From Torpedo marmorata (Eukaryota): 64,000 nucleotides of DNA. Every line of letters begins with the position of its first letter. Position 1 is the first letter of the stretch. Below the pieces are notes generated by a model. The model saw nothing but the letters and a program-made list of their open reading frames with translations, was not told the origin of the DNA and ran no database searches. Position numbers and translations under genes: made by a program. Location: positions 157,418,001-157,482,000 of the forward strand of contig OZ360221.1 of the NCBI GenBank assembly GCA_977017645.1. The letters run 5' to 3'. Positions 34,250 through 48,150 of this stretch are shown in pieces.

Positions 34250-36720
34250 CTTGTAGATCCAGATGGTCTGTCAACCTATAGTGCCATATATTAGTGTCCA
34301 GCAATGCCCTGCACTCACCGAGGTGATGTGGTTTCCGTCTGAACCGCCACATATCATTGCTCACGTCAGCTTACCCAGCACTTACCCATGAGCAGCTACC
34401 CCACACTGGACTGTGGGGAACAGACAGACCTATTTTTTTGTGCCAGCTCACACTCACGTGACCTATACTCAATGTCAGAGCAGCAAGTGTAGGGGTGGGG
34501 AGGTTGGGGGGGGGGGGAGGAGGTGTGAAGGGGGAAGAATGGAAGATGAGAGGAAAGTGAGAGATGGATGGGGGTGTCTGGATCAGAGAAGGTGATTGGA
34601 AGGGTGCAAGAGAGAGAGAAGGGTTTAGTGGGTGTAGGGTATGGCAACACTGAAAGAGAGGAGAGTTAGGAAAAGGGAGCATCAAAGGTGAGAGGGGTGA
34701 GGATAGGTGAGTGAGGGTGATGAAGGGAGGAGGCAGTGAGCAAAGGCATTAATGTCTGAGCCTACCTGTAAGAATTTGTGAGTGCAAGTACCAACAGCCC
34801 CTAGGAATATATTAATGCTCATTCCCGGGGTCTGGTCTCCAGTTGTCTCGGACCTCCTTGCCAACAGAAATGCATTTGCTTATAATTTCTGTGCAGTAGA
34901 TGGCATTTAACGGCATCAAAGTTTAAAGGAAGTCATGCATAGGCAACTTCCATACCTTCATATGAAATATGGGATTTGGAGCATGAGAAACCTATGGGCA
35001 GTCCTCACTGCCACAGACCTGAGCATTGCTCTGCTCTCATTGCCCAGGAACATTAACATTGCTACACTGAATAAGAAGAGATGGACAGATTACGACCAGC
35101 TCAAACAATGGAGGTGATGGGTGCACCTTCTTCTGGAAGGGACACCTTCATGGGTGAGACTTGCTGTCAAATATGAGCTAGCCTATCCTCTTATTGACTT
35201 CTGTGGGTGAAAGTTAGCATCTCACAATGCTCACTCTATCATAGAACCAATGTTAAGATCATCAGCGCATTTGCTGTAATGATGCTGTGGATAGATCAAA
35301 CAGGACTTATATTCTGATCTTGAAAGAATTCTGACTCTTGGTCACCCTGGATGACTTCAATACCAGGATTGGAAAGAATGGAGTCCTCCTAAAAGATGGG
35401 AATTCCAACAGAATCCTTCTCCTGGCAAAATGCCTGGAATAGGATATTGTCATAGGAAACACTTTGTTCTGTCAAGCACAAGCCTTCATAGCAATATCTT
35501 GATTCAGACCCAAGGCACCTGTTAGGATATATTTCCGTACAAATTAAAGGCCACAAGGAAGCCCACATCATTTTTCCTGACAGGTAGCAATGACTATTGG
35601 ACTGACCACCATCTAATAGTCTTTGTTACCTGCATTGGCCTGACCCTAAAATAACAGCAGAACAAAAACACTTCATAAAAAAATCAATGATGAAGGTCTA
35701 GATCTTTTCTGAAAATGCCTCTGAGACAACCTGATGACCCCAAAGCAAAAGGTGCTACAGAATGTCAGAACGTCGGAAGTCCTCCAGAGCAGTACCAAGG
35801 AAGAAACTCTGGGCTTCTTTAACGTGGGAACACTAAGACTGGTTTGATGAGAATGACCAGCAGATCCAGGTGATGATTACTAGAAATGCAGGGCATGCTT
35901 GGATTGAAAACTTCATCACAGTCAAAAGAAGAAAACAGCACTAGAGGTCCAGGAGAAAACCCAAAATCTAAAGAATGGTCAGTGAACAGAAAGCGAGCCA
36001 GAGAGATGAAGATCCACCAATTCACTGATAACCATGATGTGCACAGATTCTTCAGCACTATTAGGGCATTGATTCACTGAAATACTTATGTCACAACCCC
36101 TCTGAGAGCAAAGAAACACTGTATGCTTTTCAAGAATAGAGAGGTAGTCAATACCTGCTGAATGGCACACCTCAAACATCTCCTTAATCATAACTCTGTC
36201 CTTGATTGCAGCTCACAGCAAATCATTCAGTTCAGTCTCACTGCCAATGCAAACCAACAAGAGGTCATATGAGCCACATGTTAACTGAAAAACAGCAAGA
36301 TCTCAAGAAAAGGTGGCGTCTCATTTGATAACGTGGCAAAGGGAAAGTTCAGTATCAAATTCACAATTTCATCTTTGACATTTGTGCAAGATTCACCAAA
36401 TCAGATGACTAGATAAGCCTCCATGCCAAACCCACAGCACCTAAACAGTTGGCTCCAGTGGGGAGTGTAAAGACTTGAAACAGGCACTCAACTACAAACT
36501 CCATCACGACAAGAGCATCCTAGGTGGACATAGAAAATCAGTTAAAAGAAGTTTTCAAAGCCTCCTTGAAAAAAATGTAACTTCCCCACTGAGTCCGCGG
36601 AATCCCTTACTTATAACTGCTCAAAACAGAAAACGAGTGTTTGGAATGGCACTGAGAATCTTAAGTCCCCTTTCTGGGAGCATGGAAGACTAGTCTGAAA
36701 GGTGGAAGGATGGCAACAAC
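34250..36720 (+). mobile_element. Heavily degraded RTE-clade LINE remnants
   Basis: GACTGGTTTGATGAGAATGAC (DWFDEND), CTGGATGACTTCAATACCAGGATTGG (L.DFN.RIG), TGGACTGACCACC (WTDH); many stops and indels. Confidence 0.55.
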
Positions 36721-38143
36721 TCCCAAATCATTATAATTTATGGTGAGATATATGATGTTAAAACTCCATCTGGTTCACTAATAATCTTGAGAGTAGGAAA
36801 CCTGTTGCCTTTATCTTTCATGTGATAGCAAAACAACAGCAGTGTGGCTAACTCCTTGAAAACATCTGGCAAACCATTCATTTCATGAACAATTTGGGTG
36901 GACAATAAATATTAGTTCTCCAAATGGGAGCCACGTCTTGTGAAAGAATATGTAAAAAAAAGTGGTTAATTAGGAGCAATGAACAATCTGCTGGAGGAAC
37001 GCAATGGGTTGAGCACCTCAGAGGGAGAGAAAGAATTGTCGCTATTTTGGGCTGGACCCTGACATCAAAACTTCAAATAATTAGAGTTTTGAATCATGTT
37101 GGTTAAGTTAGTAATTGTTATTTTGATAATTATACTATATTAAACAGTGCATAATATGGACAAAATTTTGAAGCTGTTTAGTGGAAAATAATGTTTTGTT
37201 ATTTTCATTCTAATTAACTTATGAGAAAGAAAATGCTTTCCCAACCATCCTTGTTTAATTTTGTTCTTTTTAAATTTTAGATACAATAGAAGTTAATAGT
37301 CTAGTGTTTCACAATTTAAGAATGAAATCTAATCTGAATCAAACATGAGTAATCATTGTATTTTGTTTAGAATCTTTGCTTTGACCTTCATCTTTAAACT
37401 CTTCTGCTTTATTAATCATGTGTTTCCTGAATCAAGTGGGATATTTTGGAGCAAAGAAAATTGTTCTGGGACTGAAGGAGCGTTATGTGCACAGCAGACA
37501 TGACCAGATGACAAATAACCCAGCATGACAGCCAAGGTTCATCCAGCTGGTCTGGGCTGCACGAGGTGATTGATGGTGTTGATGTTCTAAATAGGCCTCA
37601 GATATGCTCTACCCAAGAATCATAATGCAGTCCTTCAGCTTAAACTACAGAGGCAGAGAAAGTAAGCATGTTCTCAGCATATGGTAGCACTGTGGATGGT
37701 GTCACCATAAGGGTTAGCGTTATTCTGGCTGTCTGGTTTGTTTCTGTCACACAAAAGGTATTTTCTCAGTAACAATGAACAGAATCATATGGTAGATGTT
37801 CATTCATACTGTAGGTTAATCATAATTCACGGTTCTGCAGATTATTTTCTCAGAAAAATAATGAACAACATTTGAAACTATGATATTAATAATTTCACAT
37901 CATTACATTTTAAAAATCTAGATTGAATATTTGAACAAAATTAAAGAGTGTTCTGCATGGAAGTTATATATAGAATTTTTGTGTGTATAGCTGTGTTTTA
38001 TCAGTGTGTCTCGATTTATTGCATTTAGTTTCATTTCCGATTTTGTGTATTTGGTGTATTCAGGTTGAAACAGATTTGCCAAGAGATATAGTCAAGTATG
38101 CCTCACTTAATGGTGTGGATGGAAAAGTCCTAGCTCTTTAATG

Positions 38144-39139
38144 CATCGGAAGACCACAGTCAGTACGAATTGGAAACAACGTCTCCTCCTCACTGATTAT
38201 CAACACAGGCGCACCCCAAGGATGCGTGCTTAGTCCACTGCTCTACTCGTTATACACCCATGACTGTGTGGCCAGGCACAATTCCAATGCCATCTACAAG
38301 TTTGCCGATGACACCACAGTTGTCGGCAGAATCACAAACGGCAATGAGGAAGTGTACAGGAGGGAGATAGATCAGCTCGTTGAATGGTGTAATGGCAACA
38401 ACCTTGAGCTCAACGTCAGCAAAACCAAGGAGATGATTGTGGACTTCAGGAGGAAGTCAGGGGAACATGACCCAGTCCTCATCGAGGGCTCAGTCGTGGA
38501 GAGGGTCAAGAACTTCAAATTCCTGGGTGTCAACATCTCCGAGGATCTGTCCTGGAGCATCCATGTTGATGCAATCACAAAGAAGGCTCGTCAGCGGCTA
38601 TACTTTGTGAGGTGTCTGCAGAGATTCGGTATGTCACCAAAGACTCTCGTAAACTTCTACAGGTGTACCGTGGAGAGCATTCTGACTGGTTGCATCACTG
38701 CCTGGTATGGAGGCGCCAACTCCCAGGACAAGACTAAACTCCAGAGGGTTGTTAACTCGGCCTGTGACATCACAGGCACCAAACTTCACTCCATCGAGGA
38801 CATCTACATGAGGCGGTGTCTTAAAAAAGCAGACTCTATCCTCAAAGACCCCCACCACCCAGGCCATGCCCTCTTCACTCTGCTTCCATCGGGAAAAATG
38901 TACAGGAGCCTAAAGACGAGCACTCAACGGCACAAGGACAGCTTCTTCCCCGCTGCCATCAGATTCCGAATAATCAATGAACCAAAGACACTGCCTTACT
39001 TTTTGTGCACTATTGTTTATAATTTTTTATAGTAATGTCGTAAGATGGTTAATATGAATGTTAATTGCACTATGATGCTGCCGCAAAACACCGAATTTCA
39101 TGACTTGTTCATGACAATAAATTCTGATTCTGATCCTGA
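38144..39139 (+). mobile_element. Rex1/Babar 5'-truncated copy (RT C-half, ORF 38226-39032)
   Basis: Closely similar to 3370-4357; (TTCTGA)n tail. Confidence 0.92.
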
Positions 39140-41574
39140 ATTATATTCCTGGAATAACATTAGGATTCTTGGCAATCATTTTTAGTTCATGGTCATCTCA
39201 AAGGAGGATAGGAAGAGGAGAGGAAGAAGTGGGGGATGAAGAGATCATTGTTCCTGCCATGCCCAATTTTCCATTGATTCCACTCTTTAATAAAAGAAGA
39301 GTATTAAGTTTTTGCTGAATATGTGCTATTAATTCTTAACCTTTTGATGTTTGTCTAATTGAGCACTTGTTCCACCTAGGGTTTATTGAGAAGTTTTCTT
39401 CTAATACCATGAATCACAGCTATTGGGTTAGTGACACACTTTTTTGATTCTATTTCCCTTTGAAGGTTAAAAAATGCACTTTCCATTTAATCTTCTCAAT
39501 GCATTGATTTCTCCCTTTTTTTGCTTGTTCTTTAATAGGATTTTGGCTTTGATATCTTTATAGCCATGCATAACCATGCATATCTTTGTAGAAAAATAGG
39601 CACAACTGTTGAATGGGTACTTGGATGCCATAATTTAATTTTCATGTGTTGCAATGTTGTTGATTGTGAATGCAATGTGCAACCCAACTATTTGGCACAG
39701 GGTTTTATTTTCTGTTATTGCAAAATACTAGACGTGATCTGTGTTGTTAGTTTTGTGTATCAAGGTCAACAGATGGGTCACTGCAGTTGATCTGAGTGCT
39801 CAAGTCCAGGGAAGGAAGAATCAACCACCATGCCTGTTCTTGATATTTATTCAGGACTACTTCCAGATAGCGTATGCATGTGGTTATTGGCTAAGACTAA
39901 GCTGAAATGCTATTGATCTATTGCTGATGGATTTTTTTACAAGTGAAAAGACATTTGTCCCCCTAAATTCTCTCTCATCTGACAATGTCAATTTTAAGAA
40001 TACTGAAAATTATTGTTTTGGCAGGTGAGCAGTAAGATTCACAAATTCCAAAGCAGCACTGAACCCAGGGTTAAATGAACTTTTCTTGCACCAATCATGA
40101 AAGAAGTGCGTTTTAATGTCACTCCAGCTCGCTTTCAACATTCAATTGGGTATTTTTTTTAGTTCCAGCATGATAGAAATGAAATGAACTCCCAAATAAT
40201 TTCTTCTCCCTGTTATCCTGGCAATTAATATTCAAAATCACAGCACAGTGGATGCACATAACACAGCACATAACAATAATGGTCCACTTCCAGGAGGCAA
40301 CAGCATTCTGCTGGCATCTGACAGAGAGTCTGCACCTTCAGGAGATGAAAGGAAGTAATGACTAAAGGAGAACCATTTGCAGCACAGTTCACTGTTGTTC
40401 CACCAGTCAATACTAATCTGATTCAAGTCATATCAGTTCATTCTTTCTGACTAGTCGAATATCGTGTGTAACTCAGCAGGTTGTTCACAAGACTTGGAGC
40501 AAAATACTTGATTTCCCAAGGAAAGTGAGAATGGTGGGTAAGCAATTGAAAGGAGGGAAAACTCAAGCAGAGAAGATTCAGAGGATTTTCATACTGATGC
40601 TTGTAGAGCATTCCACCTCCTTCTGAGCCAAATGAATATTTATCTGGATATCTACTAGCTTCAGGCTGATTATTGCCAGTTTTTTTTTTCTTGGCTCCCA
40701 ATCCTATTATTAAAATTGCAACATCAGCCAAATGATGTCACTATGTTCAAAATTTCCCATTGGGCAAAACTTGGCAGAGATAGGTAGCCCACACTATATT
40801 CAAATCCCAGTACTATATTAGAATGCTAGTAGTTAAAATGACATGGGACAGGTTCATATCAAGAAGGAAGCAAGGACCTATTGTGATACTATATACCTAA
40901 GCAACTTGTTCATACCAGGGTAAAATCAGGACATTACATACTCTTTATATGAATATGAGTACATTGACTCATGATTTGTAGTTAAATAAATGATGAACAC
41001 TATTAGTCTGCTTCTATGCAAAAACTACATTCCTTTAATGAGACAGGTGAATGATTAAATGCAGAATGATAAAATTCTTATCCAACTTGCATGGGTGTAT
41101 CCTTAGCTTCACAAAAATGTTCTCTCGGTCCCTCGTTCACTTTTAAACTGTATTGAAGAGCATGAAGTTGCTACACTTGCAGAGTATAGTAAAACTCCGA
41201 TAACTTGGCATGCTCAGAACACTGGGCTGCCAGACCAGCAATTTTTCTGGATGATTGGATGCTATTTCTTATTAATACCCCACAACATATTTTAGTTCGC
41301 GTGTTTTTTAGATGTTTTGCAGGATTGATATAAATTTGCCAGTGAACCCAGTAACTTTGAAGAGAACATGCTTGGTGAGTTAAATGGGAGCGTGGGAAGC
41401 AAGGCCCTGGGAGGTCGAATAGGAGCATGGGAACTGGGGCATCATTGAATTAGAAGAGAGTATGGGAACTGAGGCCTGTCTAGTTGGGAGGGAAGGCAGA
41501 AGGGGGGGCCTCAACAAGTCAGAAGGATGTGTGGGCCCCTGTGAGTTAAAGGGAGCACAGCAAATATCAGAGTT

Positions 41575-42100
41575 AAACAAGAAAATCTGCAGATGCTGGG
41601 GTCAAGTGCAATACACAAATGTACTGGAGAAACTCAACAGGTCACGCTGCATCCATAGGAAGTGAAGGGTAAGCAATGTTTTGGGCCTGAGCCCTTTGTC
41701 AGGAATGAACTAAAAGCACGCAGGCACCTGAATAAAAAGGAGAAGGGAGTGGGAGGAGAGGAGGAGAAAGGAGATGGGGGAGGAGCGCAGGCTAACAGGT
41801 AACAGGTTATAGCTGGATATAGATGAGAGGATAGAAAAGAAAAAGCTGAGGTGATGGGGAGATGGTAGGGGCCGAAGAAGAGGAGCTCTCTGATACGATA
41901 AGGAAGGGAAATGGCTGGAGAGCTGAAAGAAAGGAGACAGAGGGGCAGGGAAAGATACGGGGCAGGGTGTCATTGGAAATTGGAGAAGTTGATGTGAATG
42001 TTGTCTGGTTGGAGACTGCTGAGATGGAATATAAGGTATTATTCCTCCAGTTGGCGGGTGGCATCAGTTGGGCAGTACATGAAGCCGTGCATAGACAGAA
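41575..42100 (-). mobile_element. Old Penelope-like 3' fragment with CpG-decayed hammerhead (~41672-41710)
   Basis: Minus strand encodes the GIY-YIG end and reads CCTGACAAAGGGCTCAGGCCCAAAACATT. Confidence 0.75.
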
Positions 42101-42544
42101 AACATGATGTCTTGGATCCTTAACAACCAGAATTTCTAAATGATCATAAAGCAGATTATTGGAGTATTACTTCAGATCAAAACAAATCCGATCATAGATA
42201 TTCTTGTCCATTTCAATCCATGCCCCATTTAGTAACGTGATTCCTGACAGTCTCTTAATTAACTATTCCAAGTCTGAGTCTCATTTCTTCAATGCTTAAC
42301 TTATTGGAGTTTTCAAATATTAACATTTAAAACAACTTTAGCTAAAAATATCCCCAATTATTTTGTCATTAAGATTGCTTCATGAATCAGCCTCATGATG
42401 TTTACTAAATTCACATGAAGAGAGAGAACTTCATTGCAAAGTTCACAGATGATTGTTGTGGGCTTTCCCTTGTATATTCTTTCTTGTAGCTTCAGGTGAT
42501 TGCTGCTCCTGAATGAGTGGATGCTGCAATGATAGGGGTGGAGT

Positions 42545-43536
42545 TAGGGCCGGATTAACGTAGTAGCGAAAGTAGCAATGCTACGGGCCCCAGATTTTCA
42601 AGGGCCCCCGCGTTTATGTACTATGAATTATGAGAAACATTTTCGTTTTCATCTTTGTGCAGCGGCTATGAGATATCACACTGATAGTCTGTGTTAATAA
42701 CTCCATTTAAAGGTGATAATTGGCTAAAATCGCTAACCTTAAATTTAAGGGGGGCGCAACTGTCCTCGCCTCGCCCGACCGCCTAGCTCCTAGCCCCGGC
42801 TGTCCGTCGCTCCCCCCACCCCCCACATCTAACTCCTGACGCAGCAGCAGGGATGCAGTGCTGCCAGAGTTCACCAGAGCACCACTCTGGCATCTGATCG
42901 GGCAGCTTCGGGGCCACCCCGGCAGCTTGCTGCGACGGCTCAATGCGCGAGCAATGGCCGTCTTCGTTACCCATAATCCCCCACGCAGCTGGAACAGCTC
43001 TGCCAGCACCAGGGAAACGCAGAATGGTTCCAGCTTCATGGGGGATTATGGGTAACGAAGACGGCCATTGATCCCGCATTGAGCCAGCCGCCAGCCGCCG
43101 TAAGTTTTGTTTTAAAAAAAATGTGTAAGTAAGTTTTAACGGGAGGGGAGGGGAGGGGGGGGCGCAATTTCAGTGTAAGTGTAAGTGTAATTTCAGTGTA
43201 AGTGTAAGTGCAAAATGTGTAAGTAAGATTTAACAGGGGAGGGGGGGGGTCGCAATTTCAGTGCTTGCCATAGGCGCTATGTTCCCTAGATACGCCACTG
43301 GTAATCACTGAATATATAGTGATCTGAGAAAGCTAGCATCATTTTGTTAAGAATAATTAAGACTATTTCAAACTTACCAAAACCGACATGCAGGGTCAGC
43401 GTCAGAAACTCTCTCGGTAGGGGGGGGGGGGGGCCGCAGTCGCACTTCCCCCTCACTGCGCACGTGCCAGCCGGCACAATTTAGGGCCCCTTTAAAATAA
43501 ATGCTACAGGCCCCGCAATACCTTAATCCGGCACTG
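42545..43536. mobile_element. Non-autonomous hAT (Tip100-like) DNA transposon, 992 bp
   Basis: TIRs TAGGGCCGGATTAA / TTAATCCGGCACTG, subterminal GGGCCCC motifs, and an 8-bp TSD GGTGGAGT (42537-42544 / 43537-43544). Confidence 0.9.
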
Positions 43537-44182
43537 GGTGGAGTGGGGAGAAGGTGAGAATCTACGTCCAAGGAATCAGAGGTTGCTAAAGGGCAGTGTC
43601 CACTGGAGGCATGCTAATTCTTGTAAGGGTTACAAGGAGATTCTTCAAGGGTACTGGCTGGGCATGTGTAAACTTTTGGGGATTCTGCAAATTATGAGAC
43701 ATTGCATAAGCCTGGAATGACTCCGGCGAAAGGAAGCTGAGAATGGCCGTGGTCCTTACGTGCCTGGGAAACGAGGCTGGGCATAAATGAGTTTGCGTTT
43801 GAGATCGTAAATAGTCACAAAACACTGCAAGGAATAAGAATGCAGTTTGAGTGTTGCAGTTAAATAGCTTGGTTTCAGTGAAACGGAGTTAGTAAAACCC
43901 AATTGTTGCCCAAGTGAATAAGAACTGTCATTTTTCAGACCAGTGAGTTGTATATTTCATTGCAGATGAATTTTGTGTGTTGTACTATTATTGGCATCAT
44001 TAGTAGGAGTTTTATACTGAAAAAAAGTGCTAAGGAGATTGAAAATCTCACCAAACACTCAGGAGATGAATTTCAAGACAGCCAGCAATGTGCGCAAACT
44101 TACTCTAAGATGGGATAAGCCAATTTTCAACAGCCCATTGGCATTTTTCAGAGTTGTCTGAGTAAAAAATGTGAGTAATGAG

Positions 44183-45115
44183 TCGGGTGGTACGGTTAGC
44201 ATAGCAGTTAGCGCAATGCTATTACAGCACCAGCAACCTGGGTTCGAAACTGGCGCTGTCTGTAAGGAGATTGTACATTCATCCCCATGTCTGGGTGGGA
44301 TTCTTCTGGGCGCTCCAGTTTCCTCCCACCTTCCAAAAATGTATGGGGATTGCAGGTAGAATTGGTGTATTTGGGGAGCATGGGCTTGTGGGTCTGTTGT
44401 GTTTGGAAGAGTATCAAGTTCGGTGGGTTTACAGAGAGATGAGTCTGGACACAAGTGTTACAATCACAGGTAACTTTAATGAACACACAGGAGACAAACA
44501 GTGGAGAACGTTAAACGATACTCAATTACTATATTACTAAACAGCTATATAGACATTCACATCGGACCCAGGTTGGACTCTGATACCAGTGGCCGCCTAT
44601 ACTCTAAACACTCACACACGTGTACACACTCTACAGACAGGGACTTTCGCACACACTCCCAGTTCCCTGTACCAATGGGGGTGCAGCTCTCTACAAGCAC
44701 TGATCTATCACAGTACTATGGCTCAGCTTAAGTGTAGTGCACACCTTACCCGCGACACTTCCAGCGATGTCCACAGTAGCGGCCTGGCATGGAGCGATGT
44801 CCGGGGCTTGGACCATGAGGCAGAGAGCAAGAATATGCTATGCGTTGATGTTATATACAGTTCTGATCTGGGCGCCTAGCCAATAATGACCCTAGGTAAT
44901 TTAAACGAGCCAACGGCAAGGTGTGCACTAATGGGTGGCGGGAGTCCAACCTTGATTGACAGGTGATGTGACTTCCGAATAAGTTTCAGACAGGGAGGAC
45001 ACATGACCACCCGCAATCCACAATGTTCCAGACAGGCAGGGAGGCCACGTGTTTCTCCACAATCCACATATAACAGGGTCAGAAGGGCCTGTTACCATGC
45101 TGTATGTCTAAAAAA
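44183..45115 (+). mobile_element. V-SINE (HE1-like) interrupted by a solo LTR
   Basis: Head GGGTGGTACGGTTAGC..GGGTTCGAAAC; the tail AGAAGGGCCTGTTACCATGCTGTA resumes at 45081. Confidence 0.88.
44395..45075 (-). mobile_element. Solo LTR (681 bp), related to the LTR at 5401-6083
   Basis: TGTT...AACA termini and a 5-bp TSD GGGTC (44390-44394 / 45076-45080). Shares TGTGGATTGTGG, CGGAAGT.AC.TCACCTG.CAATCAAGG and CCCA.CGAAC with 5401-6083. Confidence 0.9.
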
Positions 45116-45194
45116 ATGAATTTAATTTCAAGCTCATCTTCCACTTTCCCTTTTGGACTCTTTTTCACTATCTTTCTCTTAAACCAATCTTTCT

Positions 45195-46515
45195 GAGAGC
45201 TGTGGAGTCATAAAGTCATACAGCATGTAAACAACCCATGCCGTCTAAAGTAAATCACCCACACGAGTCCCACCTGCCTATGTTTGGCCCATATCCCCCT
45301 AAACCTATCCTATCCATGTATCAGTCTATTTTTTTTTTCATAAGCATTGCAGTAGAATCTGCCTTAATCACCTCTTCTGGCAGCCAGTTCCATACACCCT
45401 CTGTGTAAAAAAAAGTTACCCTTCAGATTCCTAAATCTTTCCCCCCTCATCGTAAGCCTATGTCATCTGTTTACCGATTCCCCTCTAGGAAAAAAGACTG
45501 TGTGTTCACCTCATCTATTCCTCTCATGATTTTGTACATTTCTATGAGATCACCCCTCATCCTCCTGTGCTCCAAAGAATAAAGCCTGCTCAACCTCTCC
45601 CTATGCTCAGGCCCTCTAGTCCTGGCAATATCCTTATACATCTTCTTTGCATCCTCTCCAGCTTGACATCATCTTTCCTGCAGCATGGTGATCAAAACGG
45701 AACACAGTACTCCAAATGGGGCCTCTCCAATGTATTTTACAACTGCAATGTGACCTCCCAACTTCTACACTCAGTACTCTGACTGTTGAAGGCCAATTTG
45801 CTGAAAACCTGTTTTGGCCACCCTATCCACCTGTGACACCACTTTCAAGGTACTACCTATACTCCTAGATCCCTCTGCTCTACAACATTCCTCAGATCCC
45901 TACCATTCACTGTGTAGGTCCTACCCACATTAGACCTCCCAAAATACAACACCTCATGTTTCTCTGTATTAACCATTCCTCAGCCCACTTGCTCATCTGA
46001 TCAAGATTCTGCTGAAATCTTTGGCAATTATCTTCGCTATCTTCAATACCAAACACTTTAGTGTCATCTACAAATTTGATAATCATTGCTATGTACATTT
46101 TCATCTAAATCATTGATATAGATGACAAACAGCAATAGGCCCAGCACCAAACCCTGTGGCACACCACTAGTCACAGGCCTCCAGTCTTTGCACCATCACT
46201 CTCTGCTTTCATCCATAAACCCAATTTTCTATCCATTTGGCTATCTCACCTTGGATCTCATGTGATCTAACCTTCCAGAACAGCTTACTGTATGGAACCT
46301 TATCGAATGCCTTGTTGAAATCCATATGTACAACATCCACAGCTCTGCCCTTGTCAACCTGCTTGGTCACACCTTCAAAAAACTCAGATTTGTGAGGCAT
46401 GTCCTCTCACTTACAAAACAGTGCTGATCAGTACCTAATCAGCTTTTGTCCATCCAAATGTACAGTATGTATACCTTCTCTTTCAGAATACTCTAGTAAC
46501 TTACCAACCACAGAT
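45195..46515 (-). mobile_element. CR1 LINE 3' fragment, degraded
   Basis: [25 protein letters not shown] and a CR1 tail. Confidence 0.85.
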
Positions 46516-47169
46516 ATCATCATTCTCTATTCTTTATTCCTCTTTCTGTACTAATTCAAGATTATAAATCTTCTTTGCTCTTTACTTTCTTCTCAATTCC
46601 TGTGCTGTTATCTGCACTGTTCTTCAATCTGATTGATAAAAGATATAAGGAGCTGGTTGTTCTGTCCACTCAGGGCCCAGATGAGCTGTTTTCTTCAATG
46701 TGATGCTGTCAGTAAATCACGAAACAGAAGGAACAAAACTGAGCATGTTTAACTATGTTATGTAGTTCATTATTAGATTTCCTGCTGCAATAAATTATGG
46801 GCTGTTAATGTTAAGTATTATCATATTCATATTTCAGAAAAAAAACTATTCAATTAAATAATTTATTCACTACTTACATTGTCACTCAAACTTTAAACCC
46901 ACTGGGTTTTACTTGATTAATGGCATTGCTTTTATATTTCAGTTAGCAAAAAACAACATAGGTTAATGATAACCATTAAGTGATGACATCCAGTTAACTC
47001 TCTTTTATTTTTAACTCTTTCCTTGCACTTTCTCAAACATGGGATTGCAATACATATCTTGCCCCCACCACTTCCAGACACATCGAATTCTACTTCAGAC
47101 ATTGATCTTCCCTTTGGAAACTACGAATATTTCCCTCTCCATAATTTCCATCTACCCTTGCTAATCACC

Positions 47170-47545
47170 AGCATTATAATTTACCAGCAAAAATCAGGGG
47201 TTCACCAGTGATCAAAAACTCAATTGGACCAGCCAGAAAAATAAAGTGACTTTAAAAGCAGGTCAGAGATTGGGTATCTTGTGCCAAGTGACTCACTTCC
47301 TGACACCCCAAAGCCTTTCCATCTGCAGAGCCACAAGTCAGGACCATGATGCCTGGATGAACTTAGCTTTGATAACACCCCAGAAACTCAAAAGCACCCA
47401 AGGCAAAGCAACCCACTTGAATGGCACCCTGTCTACAACACAGTCATTTCTTCCACCACCAGCACACAGTGGCTGCAGTGTGAAACTTCAACGAAATGCA
47501 CTGCAGTTACTCACCCAGGCTAGTTCACTGGACCTCCCAAATCTA
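47170..47545 (+). mobile_element. Old CR1-like LINE fragment of another family
   Basis: GGGGTTCACCAGTGATCAAAAACTCAATTGGACC (G...D.KLNW), AGQRLGIL, CACAGTGGCTGCAGTGTG. Confidence 0.5.
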
Positions 47546-47916
47546 TGACAGCCTTGAGAGAAATATGTCTTGAAAAAAGTAATTACCTCCCACATGCAGG
47601 TAAGCCACCTTTACCTCTTTTGCCACCCCCTTCACACCCTGACCACCGCCCCTGCAGGCTCATGCCCTCAAATCATGCATCCACTTGTCTTGTCCAGCAC
47701 CTTTATCCGACTCCTGAAAGAACATGGATAAACAATTTGAACTGATAGATGTACTACACCTGAGCTTCAGTCTGGATGATTGCTGGGTGAGTTTCATAAA
47801 GAATTATGCTCTTTCTTTATTTCCTTCTTCATGTTGTGCTAGCACCAGTGCCAGACACGACTTTTCAAATGGGAGTGTGGGTAGTAGGCTTTCAGGCAAA
47901 TAACGCAAAAACAACA

Positions 47917-48150
47917 GGGTGGCACAGTTAGCGTAGCGGTTAGCGCAACGCTATTACAGCGCCAGCGACCCGGGTTCGAATCTGGCGCTGTCTGTAAGGA
48001 GTTTGTACGTTCTCCCCGTGTCTGTGTGGGTTTCCTCTGGGCGCTCCATTTTCCACCCACCTTTCAAAATGTGCAGGGGTTGTAGGTTAATTGGGGTATT
48101 TGGGTGGCAAGGGCTCGTGGGCCGGTAGGACCTATTATCGTGTTGTATAA
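47917..48150 (+). mobile_element. V-SINE (HE1-like), near full length
   Basis: GGGTGGCACAGTTAGCGTAGCGGTTAGCGC..CCCGGGTTCGAATC..GTGGGTTTCCTCTGGGCGCTCC, with CR1-like tail and A-rich end. Confidence 0.9.

Noticed and set aside
36750-36950. Probable ancient SINE remnant (CCATCTGGTTCACTAAT..GGAAACCTG); similar faint remnants near 29820, 39770 and 50850
   Set aside because: Too degraded to assign family or boundaries by eye.
37370-37670. Candidate host exon bounded by TTTAG and GTAAGC (similar candidates near 38060 and 40240)
   Set aside because: No sustained open frame or recognisable protein; cannot be supported without RNA-seq.
47917-47990. tRNA-like sequences with A/B boxes (also 17447, 31200, 44183)
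   Set aside because: They are SINE heads running into V-domain and CR1-like tails, without a complete cloverleaf.
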